A DNA stretch of 64,000 bases. It comes from Macrostomum lignano. Its lineage: Eukaryota. The notes under the pieces were generated by a model. That model had not been told where the DNA came from. It did no database searches and saw only the letters and a list, made by a program, of their open reading frames with translations. Position 1 is the first letter of the stretch; the number at the start of each line of letters is the position of its first letter. The stretch lies in assembly GCA_002269645.1 (NCBI GenBank), contig NIVC01002923.1:7933-71932 (forward strand), in the 5' to 3' direction. Made by a program: the position numbers and the translations under genes. Positions 49,837-61,780 of the stretch are shown one piece after another.

Positions 49837-52800
49837 TCATCGAAGAGACTCAAGAAACACTAGCTGCTCAACCAGGCCGGCAGCCTCAGCATCCGAGGTG
49901 ATTTCGCGCAGCCTGAGCGCTTTCTGTGCTGCGCTACGGCCGGCGCTGGTCGTCAGGTAGCTGTAGACCGCAGCGAAGTCGAACGCGCCGTCGCTTTCAG
50001 CGGCGCGTCGTTCGCAGCGCCGGCGCAAGTCGCTCAGCGTCCGGTCGAGGCCGGCCTGACCGAAACGCGATCCGGTCGCCTCGTCCGGCGCGTCCTCGAA
50101 GGCGCTGGCCAACCGGCCGCTGCGGGCCAAGGCCGCCTCGAGTTCCTGAGCGAACCGCAGGGTGGTGTCGCAACTGGCGCCGGCAGCCGCGGCTGCTGCG
50201 TCCTCTCGCTCTTCATCTTGAGCTTCCTCATCGAAGTCGGGCGTGTAGTAGGTGTCCGCCAGCTCAGGGTTGACCATTGCGGCTTCTCTGATTGGCTGTT
50301 TTCGGTCTGGGATTTGGAAAGCGGCGTTTATGGGATTTGGGATTCGGAATGCGACGTTTATGGGATTTGAATGATGCATTTATGGGATTTGAATGATGCA
50401 TTTATGGGATTTGAATGATGCATTTATGGGATTTGAATGATGCATTTATGGGATTTGAATGATGCATTTATGGGATTTGAATGATGCATTTATGGGATTT
50501 GAATGATGCATTTATGGGATTTGAATGATGCATTTATGGGATTTAAATGATGCATTTATGTGATTTGGGATTCGGAATGCGACGCTTATGGGATTTGAAT
50601 GATGCATTTATGGGATTTAAATGATGCATTTATGTGATTTGGGATTCGGAATGCGACGCTTATGGGATTTGAATGATGCATTTATGGGATTTAAATGATG
50701 CATTTATGTGATTTGGGATTCGGAATGCGACGCTTATGGGATTTGAATGATGCATTTATGGGATTTAAATGATGCATTTATGTGATTTGGGATTCGGAAT
50801 GCGACGCTTATGGGATTTGAATGATGCATTTATGGGATTTAAATGATGCATTTATGTGATTTGGGATTCGGAATGCGACGCTTATGGGATTTGGGATTCG
50901 AAAAGTGACGTTTATGGGATTTGAATGATGCATTTATGGGATTTAAATGATGCATTTATGTGATTTGGGATTCGGAATGCGACGCTTATGGGATTTGGGA
51001 TTCGAAAAGTGACGTTTATGGGATTTGAATGATGCATTTATGGGATTTAAATGATGCATTTATGGGATTTGGGATTTGGAATGCGACGTTTATGGGATTT
51101 GGGATTCGAAAAGTGACGTTTATGTGATTTGGGATTCGGAATGCTACGTTTAATGCGCCCTCGAATTGGAATCCGGAATGCGGAGTTTATGGGTTGGGAG
51201 CTCGTGCTTCGTTTATTTTATTCATTCGTATAATATTTTGTATTCTATAGTTAATTTTTTAATCGAAAAATCCTTTCATTGCTACTCATAGTAAAAAACC
51301 AGCCCCTGCCACTCCAAACCTCGTCTCCCATCGGCACCCGACGGTACGAGGTCGTCGCACTCCTCGGCGTCGGCTTCATCCTCAGACTGTTGCGGCTCCT
51401 CCTCGGCCAGACCCAGCGCGGTCAGCAGCGCCGCCGCGCGTCGTCGGTCGACTCGGTCGACGCCGTCGCCATCGGCCGTGGACTCCTCGCGAAGCAGCCG
51501 CCTGCCGGCGCCTCCGCCGCCGCCGCAGCTGGCCTCGGCCGCGGCCGCCTCTTCGTGGATCTGCTTCGACCGGCGGCGCAGGTGCGGCTCCCGCAGCAGC
51601 TCCCTGGCGCTGGCCCTCCGCTGAGGCTCCTTCTCCAGCATCCGCTCCAGCACGGCCTGCAGCGCCCTGGGATATCTGTCCGGCAGGGTGGGGCAGGGAT
51701 CTTCGCAGATGCTGAACAGGATCCTCATCAGGCCGTGCCCGGTGTACGCGTGCTCCTGGGCGCACATCTCGTACAGGATGCAGCCGACACTCCAGACGTC
51801 GCTCTTGGCGTTGTAGCCTGGTTACAATAATAACAATAATATTAATAATAGTAATAATAATAATAATAATAAATAATATGATAATTGCAAGAGTGTTCTA
51901 AAGACTTTTTAGTCGAGCACATTACTCATACACACGCTCACACAGGGTGTACAGCAGCCCTGACTTTCTAATCGTCAGGCATGTACACTCTCTCAGGCAT
52001 GTACACTCTCTCAGGCATGTACACTCTCTCAGGCATGTACACTCTCTCAGGCATGTACACATGCATGTGCCTTGGGGGGTTGGCCCTCGTGGGTGAAAAT
52101 TTCATGACAACCCCACGGTCAATTTTCGTGCACAAGGCCCAAATGAATGAGGCCGAATGTGGGATCGAACCTGGGCGCGAGAGTTAGACCCGTTCACTAC
52201 TGAGCTGCTCTGCCCCTGAGGGAGCAGGAGTATAGTGTGTCTACACCCTCACAGACCATTGGTTACGAGGTCTCAGGTTGATGACCTAGCTGTCCTTACC
52301 CGAAAGAAGCATCCTGGGGCATCGGTCTCTCACATCTCTGAAGGGTCGGGACCCGGTAGCAATAATACACATTGATGCAGTCTGTGTTAAAATAAAACTT
52401 TCTCCCGTGCCTCACCCTGATGCTTGAGCAGTTCCGGACTCATAAAGTACGGCGTCCCCAGAAAAGTAGTGGCCATGTCCACCGAATTCATGAGCACCCG
52501 AGCGATGCCAAAGTCGCCAATTTTAACCATGCCGCCCTTTAAAAATACGTTTTTCGTCTTCAGATCCCGGTGTAAAATCCGCTTCCCGTGCAGGTACTCG
52601 ACGCCTAGGAGGATCTGGATCAGCCAGCGCTCAGTGGTGGCCACGGGCAGGTGCAGACCGGCCTTCTTCAGGCGCTGGATGGCCTGGTCCAGGTCGCCTT
52701 CGTCGCAGTACTCGGTGACCATGCAGAACGAGGGCAGGTCTGTCGCGAAATTCGGGGTGCCGGCTGTTAGACTTGAAGACGGTTGTTAGACAGCGGTGTC

Positions 52801-53625
52801 AGCTGTTAGACAGGGATATCAGCTGTTAGACAGGTATATCAGCTGTTAGACAGGGATATCAGCTGTTAATCAGGGATATCAGCTGTTAGACTTGAAGACG
52901 GTTGTTAGACAACGGTGTCAGCTGTTAGACAGGGATATCAGCTGCTAGACAGGTATATCAGCTGTTAGACAGGGATATCAGCTGTTAGACAGGTATATCA
53001 GCTGTTAGACAGGGATATCAGCTGTTAATCAGGGATATCAGCTGTTAGACAGGGATATCAGCTGTTAGACAGGGATGTCAGCTGTTAGACAGGGATGTCA
53101 GCTGTTAGACAGGAATGTCAGCTGTTAAACAGGAATATCAGCTGTTAGACAGGTGTCATGTGTTAGACAGAGATGTTAGCTGTTAACAGGAATGTCAGCT
53201 GTTAGACAGGGATGTCAGCTGTTAGAAAGGAATGTCAGCTGTTAAACAGGAATGTCAGCTGTTTGACAGGGATGCCGGATGTTAGATTTCATCTGTTAGA
53301 TAGTGTCAAACAACCGTCTGTTAGACAAGAAGAGTGGTCAACGTGTCATTACGCTGTAAGAAAACTCACTGACAAAGCAGTTAAAGAATTTTAAAATAGC
53401 AGAGTGGCTGAGCTTTCCCAGCAGTTTTGCCTCGTGAATGGCTTCAACAGTTTCCTCGGGGTCCAGTTCGCCGATGTGCACCTCCTTTAACACTTTGAAC
53501 TTCTCCGCGCTTCGTAAATCTTCCACTAAGTAGGCGGTGCCATAGGCGCCCTTTCCAATCTTTTTCAGTAATTTGTAGCGATTGCTGAGAATCCGAGGTT
53601 TTGAAAGCTGCCTCCCTGAGGCCAT
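49837..53625 (-). CDS. NEK11: NIMA-related serine/threonine kinase NEK11-like, 4 exons, about 502 aa
   Basis: Exons 53625-53370, 52739-52416, 51817-~51348 and ~50295-49837 (the exon 3/4 junction is ambiguous). Motifs: IGKGAYG, KVLKEVHIGELDPEETVEA..EAKLLGKL, HRDLKTKNVFLK, IGDFG, GTPYFMSPELLKHQGYNAKSDVWS. The C-terminal AVYSYL..LVEQLVFLE resembles the NEK11 tail. Confidence 0.92.
50320..51150. repeat. Compound 22-bp minisatellite with a 74-bp higher-order repeat, in NEK11 intron 3
   Basis: (TTTATGGGATTTGAATGATGCA)n followed by GACGCTT recurring at 50581, 50655, 50729, 50803 and 50877. Confidence 0.93.
51930..52210 (-). mobile_element. tRNA-derived SINE family B copy with an internal 18-bp tandem expansion
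   Basis: Minus-strand AGCTCAGTAGTG..GGTTCGATCCC; (CAGGCATGTACACTCTCT)x4-5. Confidence 0.75.
52765..53320. repeat. 20-bp minisatellite (CAGCTGTTAGACAGGGATAT)n in NEK11 intron 1
   Basis: Direct tandem copies. Confidence 0.95.
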
Positions 53626-55639
53626 TCTTTAACCTGGAGATATGTTAGCGGCAATCTCTAATGCACGCACTTGAATATTTCTTTCTTTTTCTACATTTCT
53701 TTTATAAAGCTATAAATATTTTTTTAATATCATAAAATTAATATCATTTTATTATTTTATCATTCTCGATAATTTTAGCGTAAAGAAAACCTTAAGTACC
53801 ACCAGGAATGTATATAAAAATAAATATAATATGAAATATAGTATGCTACATATTTATTGCCCATCAATTGTTGAAATTTGTAAAATGCAAAAGCCTAAAA
53901 TGCAACAGCAAACATCAAGTACATTTCTTGTCATAAATATTTAAGGCAAGTTCATATAATACGAGCGTAATACTATACAACATAATGTATGCACTAACAA
54001 CCAATACTGCATTTCTTTTATTTTAGATGCAAAACCTAAATTCTGATATTCTCTTTTAATAGGCTGGGATAAATTATTTTTTTGTAATGAATCATGTTAG
54101 TTTAAAATAACATCAACTAAAAATTAGCCACAAACATATTGAAAAATAGCTTTTTTCTTGTTAAATTAATGCTGAATATAAAACTTCTTAGCTGGCAAAG
54201 CCACAAAGTGGCAATTTTTTATGGTATGCATGCTTACACAGTGGACCTTCTCTATTTACCTAGTAGTCACTTGCCCAATTTTTTTGTAAGTAATTATTAG
54301 CTTGTTAGTTTCTGTAGAAAGGCAACTGATAAATTATATATTTATTAATATATATATATATATATATATGTATAATGTATGACATGAACGTGTAGTCGTG
54401 TATGGCTAGCCTATAGTTCAATAGCTGACATATCTGAAAATCTCATCAGTGGTAGTGGAAGCTTGTGGAAGCTTTGCTTCTTGAATATATAATTCTTCTA
54501 AGGACTAAATTCGGATCGTTGGACTCTAAATCTTATTCGACTAAAAAGTTCCCCCGAATCTAATTCGAACTGCGATACGACGCTGTAAACTAGCTATAAC
54601 AAAAAGTTTTTAATGATTAAAAACAACAGCTTCTGACGCTTTCTTGTAGCTTTTTATAAAAAAATTGTTGAGTTTAGATTAGAACAAGATTTGACACTGC
54701 ATAAATCGGGTAACTATAATATGCAACTATTTTGCATGGCAGTACAGTACTGCTTTGATAAATTAAGACATTACAGAAACAAAAAAATACGGGGATATCC
54801 GCTGCCCTTTCCGAATGCAGCGGATATGCAGTGTATAAAAATAGCTTACAGAGTTTCCAAGTAAAGCAATTTGTGAAATATAGGAATTGAATTTTGTCTA
54901 AACTGTCTTGAAATGGAATTCATGTTAAATCTAATATACTAAATCTAAATGTATTAAATCCATATACTAAATTTGCACTAAAAACCGTGAAGCAGGGAGC
55001 GCCGCCAAGGCACGGCTTGCCCTCGAAGGTGAAGTTCTTCGTCTGAGCGAACGGGCACGGAGAGTCGCCGTCGCCCACAGGCGGTTCGGTCACGCTTGCT
55101 GGGCCGCCTCGCAGCTCGGCCGGTGGGGCCAGAGAGAAAATCTGCTGGCCCGATGCCAGCTTGTCCTACGACAGGCCCGGCACCGAGGCGCTGCACGACC
55201 TGAAGAGGTCGAGAGGTCGCCGGCTCCGAGGGGCGCTGCGAGAATGGGAGCGGGGTCCAGAGGGCCAGCAGAGGGGAGATTAAGCAGAAAAACTGCTTAA
55301 AATTAATTCTAAACCTTAAAAAACTAAATTTTGAGAAAAATTGATAACGACTCCCCAAACCTAAATAGAATTTATGCGATTCCAACCGAATGATCCGTGG
55401 AAAAACGCACTTATTCATCTTTTTTCGTCAATGAAATAAGCCAAGTTCACGGATTCCATCCATATGATAGCGCACTGACTTGTATCGCCTGATAGCATGG
55501 GGATTCCCTTTGGCAGTTGTTACAGGGAGCTGGCTATTGCGCTAAAAACAGCTCTGCCAAGTCAACACATCAGCCATGAGTCATGCGATGCGACAGTAAG
55601 CGCGCGTCATGATACGGTAATCCTAAGTGCATGTACGTT

Positions 55640-56775
55640 TTTCCTCTGATCATTTCTGCCCTCTCTTGTCTACCCAATTACTGCCCTCTCTTGTCCACCC
55701 AATCACTGCCCTCTCTTGTCTACCCAATTACTGCCCTCTCTTGTCCACCCAATCACTGCCCTCTCTTGTCTACCCAATCACTGCCCTCTCTTGTCCACCC
55801 AATCACTGCCCTCTCTTGTCTACCCAATCACTGCCCTCTCTTGTCTACCCAATCACTGCCCTCTCTTGTCTACCCAATCACTGCCCTCTCTTGTCTACCC
55901 AATCACTGCCCTCTCTTGTCTACCCAATCACTGCCCTCTCTTGTCTACCCAATCACTGCCCTCTCTTGTCTACCCAATCACTGCCCTCTCTTGTCTACCC
56001 AATCACTGCCCTCTCTTGTCTACCCAATCACTGCCCTCTCTTGTCTACCCAATCACTGCCCTCTCTTGTCTACCCAATCACTGCCCTCTCTTGTCTACCC
56101 AATCACTGCCCTCTCTTGTCTACCCAATCACTGCCCTCTCTTGTCTACCCAATCACTGCCCTCTCTTGTCTACCCAATCACTGCCCTCTCTTGTCTACCC
56201 AATCACTGCCCTCTCTTGTCTACCCAATCACTGCCCTCTCTTGTCTACCCAATCACTGCCCTCTCTTGTCTACCCAATCACTGCCCTCTCTTGTCTACCC
56301 AATGACTACTCTCTACTATCTACCCAATGGCTACTCCAGCTCTCCGATCTACTCAATGACTACTCAAGCTCTCCGATCTACTCAATGACTACTCTAGCTC
56401 TCCGATCTACTCAATGACTACTCTAGCTCTCCGATCTACTCAATGACTACTCTAGCTCTCCTATCCACTCAATGACTACTCTAGCTCTCCAATTTAGCCA
56501 ACCGAATAACTACTCTCTCTTATTTACCCAATGGCTACTCTAGCTCTCCTATCTACCAATGACTACCCTCTCCTATCTACCCAATAACTACCCTCTCCTA
56601 TCTACCCAATGACTACCCTCTCCTATCTACCCAATGACTACCCTCTCCTATCTACCCAATGACTACCCTCTCCTAGCTACCCAATGACTACCCTCTCCTA
56701 GCTACCCAATGACTACCCTCTCCTAGCTACCAATGACTACCCACTCCTATCTACCCAATGACTACCCTCTCTAAT
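55640..56775. repeat. 25-bp minisatellite (CTGCCCTCTCTTGTCTACCCAATCA)n grading into (CTCTCCTATCTACCCAATGACTACC)n
   Basis: Direct tandem copies. Confidence 0.97.
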
Positions 56776-57409
56776 CACCCCAAATAAGAGTCCTCTTGTC
56801 TTTTACGAGTGGACAATTTCCATTGACAACTTAACGGGTAATTAAAAACAAAGCCCTGTAATACGCAGTGTGTACTTGTACAGACGCCATTCAAAGTATC
56901 AAATACAATGTCTCGAAAAAAATAATAATCACAAGCCAATAAAGTGATGAGTTCAGTGACTGCAGCAGCCTGACATGAAGTGAGACAGACCATGCGCCAC
57001 GGGAATATCCAGCAATTACGCAACAGTAGGAAAAATGATTGACAAAGGCACAGGTTAGCAATCAACAGAGCATAGACAAGATGTTGACCATTGTCGACCA
57101 GAAAAGCTCGAAAATATGACAACTAGTAGCTATTAATAATTATAATATTTCGATTCGAATGCTGCGACTTTCGTTCTCCGCAGGCGAGATGAGATCGGTT
57201 GAAACGAAGCCGCAAAAATGAAATGAAATTCAGACTAAAGCATGGAGCAAGGAGCGTCACTACACAGGTATCGAATGCACAGACTGTATAAGGCTCTGGC
57301 TCCGGTCGAAATTTTTGCAAATCTACGCGACTTCAGCAATTCAGCAATTTAGCTCGTAGTTATTTATTAGCCGAATTTTTGTCGAAAGTAGTGGAAGTCG
57401 TGTCCTCTC

Positions 57410-58050
57410 TCCTGTCCTCTACCGGTAATCTTGTCCGCTCACCTGTCCTCTAATCTTGTCGCTCACCTGTCCTCTAATCTTGTCCGCTCACCTGTCCTCT
57501 AATCTTGTCCGCTTTCCTGTCCTCTAATCTTGTCCGCTCACCTGTCCTCTAATCTTGTCCGATTTCCTGTCCTCTAATCTTGTCCGCTCACCTGTCCTCT
57601 ACCGGTAATCTTGTCCGCTCACCTGTCCTCTAATCTTGTCCGCTCACCTGTCCTCTAATCTTGTCCGCTCACCTGTCCTCTAATCTTGTCCGCTTTCCTG
57701 TCCTCTAATCTTGTCCGCTCACCTGTCCTCTAATCTTGTCCGATTTCCTGTCCTCTAATCTTGTCCGCTCACCTGTCCTCTAATCTTGTCCGCTCACCTG
57801 TCCTCTAATCTTGTCCGCTTTCTTGTCCTCTAGTCTTGTGCGCTCTCAATCCTGTCCTCTAATCTTGTCCGCTTTCTTGTCCTCTAGTCTTGTGCGCTCT
57901 CAATCCTGTCCTCTAATCTTGTCCGATTTCCTGTCCTCTAATCTTGTCCGATTTCCTGTCCTCTAATCTTGTCCTCTCTCCTGTCCTCTAATCTTGTCCG
58001 CTCACCTGTCCTCTAATCTTGTCCCCCTACCTCCCTCTGTCATCTAATCC
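57410..58050. repeat. 25-bp minisatellite (CCTGTCCTCTAATCTTGTCCGCTCA)n
   Basis: Direct tandem copies. Confidence 0.95.
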
Positions 58051-58220
58051 TGTCTACACCTCGACCACCTGAATTAACAGCACAGGCGAACGGATTAACC
58101 GATCCGATTATTAAACAGTCAGCAGATTAGGACACTGGAAAAGTGCACTGGTCGGAAGAAGCCGAATCAACGGAGTCGGTCTTAGAAAGCAATAAATCTG
58201 ATCTCGCATTCCAACGCACA

Positions 58221-58422
58221 TCAGGAGTATTTCTCATTAGCCTGGATAGCATCCAGAATCTGCTGAATAGTCTTTGTCTGCTTAGCCAGCAAGCTCTTCA
58301 TCATGTCCCTGTAGTGCTCCATGCTGATGCGCTGCTCCTTGACGAGGCTGAGACAGTCGAGCTGCTTCCTCACCGTGTTCAGCATGGCGTCTATCAGGGC
58401 TGCGTGCGTATCAACAAGGCCG
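58221..58422 (-). CDS. Terminal coding exon (66 aa), helical, tentatively a kinesin-13-like C-terminal domain
   Basis: Acceptor CCTTGCAG| followed in phase 2 by GLVDTHAALIDAMLNTVRKQLDCLSLVKEQRISMEHYRDMMKSLLAKQTKTIQQILDAIQANEKYS*. It is absent from the ORF track. The family call rests on recalled similarity only. Confidence 0.55.
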
Positions 58423-58579
58423 CTGCAAGGTGTAGGGGGGGGCGAGATTCATCCGCATGCGCTAGATTGCCTACTGATTAGCAAGCAGTAGAGTAGCGAG
58501 TTTTTTGCAATAAAAAATTATCTTGATATACAACCGCTTCGAGAAACTTTTAACGAAAATTTCATGCTAAAAATTTCCT

Positions 58580-58875
58580 GGCGGCCTAGTAGTTGGAGCG
58601 ACGGATTCACGGCTTAATTGAAGGTCGGGGGTTCGATTCCCGATCCCACTCGGAAAATTTGTGTCCTTGAGCAAGACCCACTTAACTCAGCATTGCTTCA
58701 GTCCACCCAGCTGTAAAATTGGTGCCAGCATTAGCTGGGGGGTAATTGAGGGTGTGTGACGACCCCCCAGTCCTTGGACTGAACAGCCGTACGCAGCCTT
58801 ATGTGCCGCGCAATAGCTGCGGGGCTGAGCTGTCGGTTGCACATCTGCCCATTAGGAAGGTGTAATGAAATTATT
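58580..58875 (+). mobile_element. SINE family A copy (more diverged)
   Basis: tRNA-like head with GGTTCGATTCCC and core GTGTCCTTGAGCAAGAC..CTTCAGTCCACCCAGCTGTAAAAT. Confidence 0.85.
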
Positions 58876-59077
58876 ATTTTTTATAGACTCAAAGAAGACC
58901 ATGGATGCACAATGAGCTAAAAAACCTGGACTGGAACCCGGCAAGAAGAAAATCAGGAAAACTCAAATTTTATACAGTCAGCAATCAAACGGTGTTATTT
59001 TTCATACTTCCTACTGAATACAGTAGAGTGTAAAGTATTTTTGTTGCTAATCAATGCACAACGGTAAAAAGTCTGAC

Positions 59078-59454
59078 CTGTCTCGCTGATGCGGCTGTCT
59101 GCCGCCTGCCCTCCTTCCGCCTTGCCGTGCTGGTGATGATGCGACGACCGTCGCCTGCGTTGGTCGTCGACTCTTCTTTCTCGAAGGTGTTCACCTCGTG
59201 GTTCAGGTTGAAAGACACGGCCTTCGGCGGGCTGCTGCCGAGGCCTGCTGGCCGGCTGGCAGCGCCAGGAGGGGCGGCGTCCGCCTTCGGCTGCTGCTGC
59301 TGTTGCTGCTGATGGTCGGCCTTCACCTGCCTGGCGCTCGGCTGACGGATTTGCGGGGCTGTGCGCGACTGCGCGTCCTGCGAGATCGGGTTGTTGCAGG
59401 TGACAGCTGAGACTGACAACTGGGAGCCTCGATTTGCGAGTGTGAGTTCAGTCA
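59078..59454 (-). CDS. Internal coding exon, low complexity (polyQ, Pro/Ala/Ser-rich)
   Basis: GC3-rich open frame between an acceptor (CATCAG|) and a donor (CAG|GTCAGA). It probably belongs to the same gene as 58221-58422, but the phases do not join directly. Confidence 0.6.
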
Positions 59455-59466
59455 CTGATGATGATG

Positions 59467-59758
59467 GGAGGGTTTTAGCCTAGTGGTTGAAGCGTCGGAC
59501 TCACGACTTGTAAGTCGGAGGTTCGATTCCCAATCCCACTGGAACAATTTGTGTCCTTAAGCAAGACGCTTAACTCTGCATTGCTTCAGTTCACCCAGCT
59601 GTAAAATGGGTGCCAGCATTAGCTGGGGTATTTGAGGGCGTGTGCGGAGACCCCCAGTCCTTGGACTGAACAGCCGTACGCAGCCTTCAGATGCGCCGCG
59701 CAATCTGCCCATTAGGGCCATTAGTGTAATCAATTATTAATATTAATTGTTGTTATTA
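59467..59758 (+). mobile_element. SINE family A copy
   Basis: TAGCCTAGTGGTT A box, GGTTCGATTCCC B box, the same core and an AT-rich tail. Confidence 0.88.
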
Positions 59759-60749
59759 CACCTATTCAACTTCGGATTCGTCAAAAGTGAGTTCAAATTC
59801 GTCAGCGTATGCAAAACTATATGGCGCTCAATGGGGAGAGAATGAGTGTCTGTGGTAAATTTTTAGAGAAAGTGACTTCGATTTCGTCTAAGTAAGTGAT
59901 ATTCGTCAGTGCAAATACAGCCTGATCAGAAAAAGTGTCTGCTTTGTCCATGGTAAGAAAAGAAGGTGTCTATGGTAAATTTAAGTAAGAAAGTGAGTGA
60001 ATTTCGTCTGTGGAAAAGTAGCCCAATTTCCTGAAATCTTCATTTGATGCTTTGATTGTTGTCAGAGATGCCCTACATGACAACAAACATCCAATGTAAC
60101 GCACAAAGTCCCGTCAAGCCGACGACTGATTGCCTGCGTTGTCACAGCAGGAGCAGCAGGAAAATCTGCAACAAGCTTTTGCTGCATTTCTTTGGGGGTC
60201 ACAGTCGGCTTCCCTTCCACATACCTCGTCAACGCCCGAGCATCTCCTCAGAAAACTTTGGTCTCACTGCAACTCCACGCGCGTTAAGATCAATCCTACC
60301 CTCATCAACATATCTCCTGATGATGTCACTGCCAGTTGTCCTCTTGATATCCAGTTCAATTGCGAGTTGTCTCCAGTCTCGTCCTTGTTGAAAACATCGC
60401 ACGAGTCTAGAGCGATGCACAGACGAAATTCTTATGTAGGGCATCCCCAAAAACAATCAAAGGATGAAATGAAGATTTCAGGAAATTGGGCTACTTTTCC
60501 ACAGACGAAATTCACTCACTTACTTAAATTTACCATAGACACCTTCTTTTCTTACCATGGACAAAGCAGACACTTTTTCTGATCAGGCTGTATTTGCACT
60601 GACGAATATCACTTACTTAGACGAAATCGAAGTCACTTTCTCTAAAAAATTACCATAGACACTCATTCTCTCCCCCTTGAGCGCCACATAGTTTTGCATA
60701 CGCTGACGAATTTGAACTCACTTTTGACGAATCTGAAATTGAAAAGGTA
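59759..60749 (-). mobile_element. Non-autonomous Tc1/mariner-like element (991 bp) with TIRs of about 300-320 bp and an N-terminal transposase remnant
   Basis: 59759-60060 is the reverse complement of 60452-60749, with TA on both flanks. The minus strand encodes MPYIRISSVHRSRLVRCFQQGRDWRQLAIELDIKRTTGSDIIRRY..RG and, after a frameshift, YVEGKPTVTPKEMQQKL..TQAISRRLDG (paired-like double HTH). There is no DDE domain. Confidence 0.88.
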
Positions 60750-60789
60750 TATTAATATTATTAGGTAGGTGAAATGTGAACATATTGAA

Positions 60790-61780
60790 TATATTCTTAC
60801 CGAATTGGGATTCTATTCTTACTGAATTGGGATTCTAATCTTACTGAATTGGGATTTTAATCTTTCTGAATTCGGATTCTAATCTTACTGAATTCGGATT
60901 CTAATCTTACTGAATTGGGATTCTAATCTTACTGAATTGGGATTCTAATCTTACTGAATTGGGATTTTAATCTTACTGAATTCGGATTCTAATCTTACTG
61001 AATTGGGATTTTAATCTTACTGAATTGGGATTATAATCTTACTGAATTGGATTCTAAACTTACTGAATTGGGATTCTAATCTTACTGAATTGGGATTCTA
61101 ATCTTACTGAATTGGGATTCTAATCTTACTGAATTCGGATTCTAATCTTACTGAATTGGGATTCTAATCTTACTGAATTGGGATTCTAAACTTACTGAAT
61201 TGGGATTCTAATCTTACTGAATTCGGATTCTAATCTTACTGAATTGGGATTCTAATCTTACTGAATTGGGATTCTAATCTTACTGAATTGGGATTTTAAT
61301 CTTACTGAATTCGGATTATAATCTTACTGAATTGGGATTTTAATCTTACTGAATTGGGATTATAATCTTACTGAATTGGGATTCTAAACTTACTGAATTG
61401 GGATTCTAATCTTACTGAATTGGGATTCTAATCTTACTGAATTGGGATTCTAATCTTACTGAATTCGGATTCTAATCTTACTGAATTGGGATTCTAATCT
61501 TACTGAATTGGGATTCTAAACTTACTGAATTGGGATTCTAATCTTACTGAATTCGGATTCTAATCTTACTGAATTGAGATTCTAAACTTACTGAATTGGG
61601 ATTCTAATCTTACTGAATTGGGATTCTAATCTTACTGAATTGGGATTCTAATCTTACTGAATTGGGATTCTAATCTTACTGAATTGGGATTCTAATCTTA
61701 CTGAATTGGGATTCTAATCTTACTGAATTGGGATTCTAATCTTACTGAATTGGGATTCTAATCTTACTGAATTGGGATTC
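60790..61780. repeat. 22-bp minisatellite (CTTACTGAATTGGGATTCTAAT)n
   Basis: About 45 units. Confidence 0.97.

Noticed and set aside
55627-56417. Three ORFs of 224-253 aa
   Set aside because: Translations of the 25-bp repeat, open in all frames.
56775-57122. 115-aa minus-strand ORF
   Set aside because: AT-rich codons unlike the real exons, no motif, and it ends in a tandem repeat.
59467-59545. tRNA-like sequences here and at about 36040-36120, 44735-44815, 52150-52210, 58580-58655 and 63475-63555
   Set aside because: These are SINE heads. They have A/B boxes but are fused to repeat bodies and lack a convincing acceptor stem.
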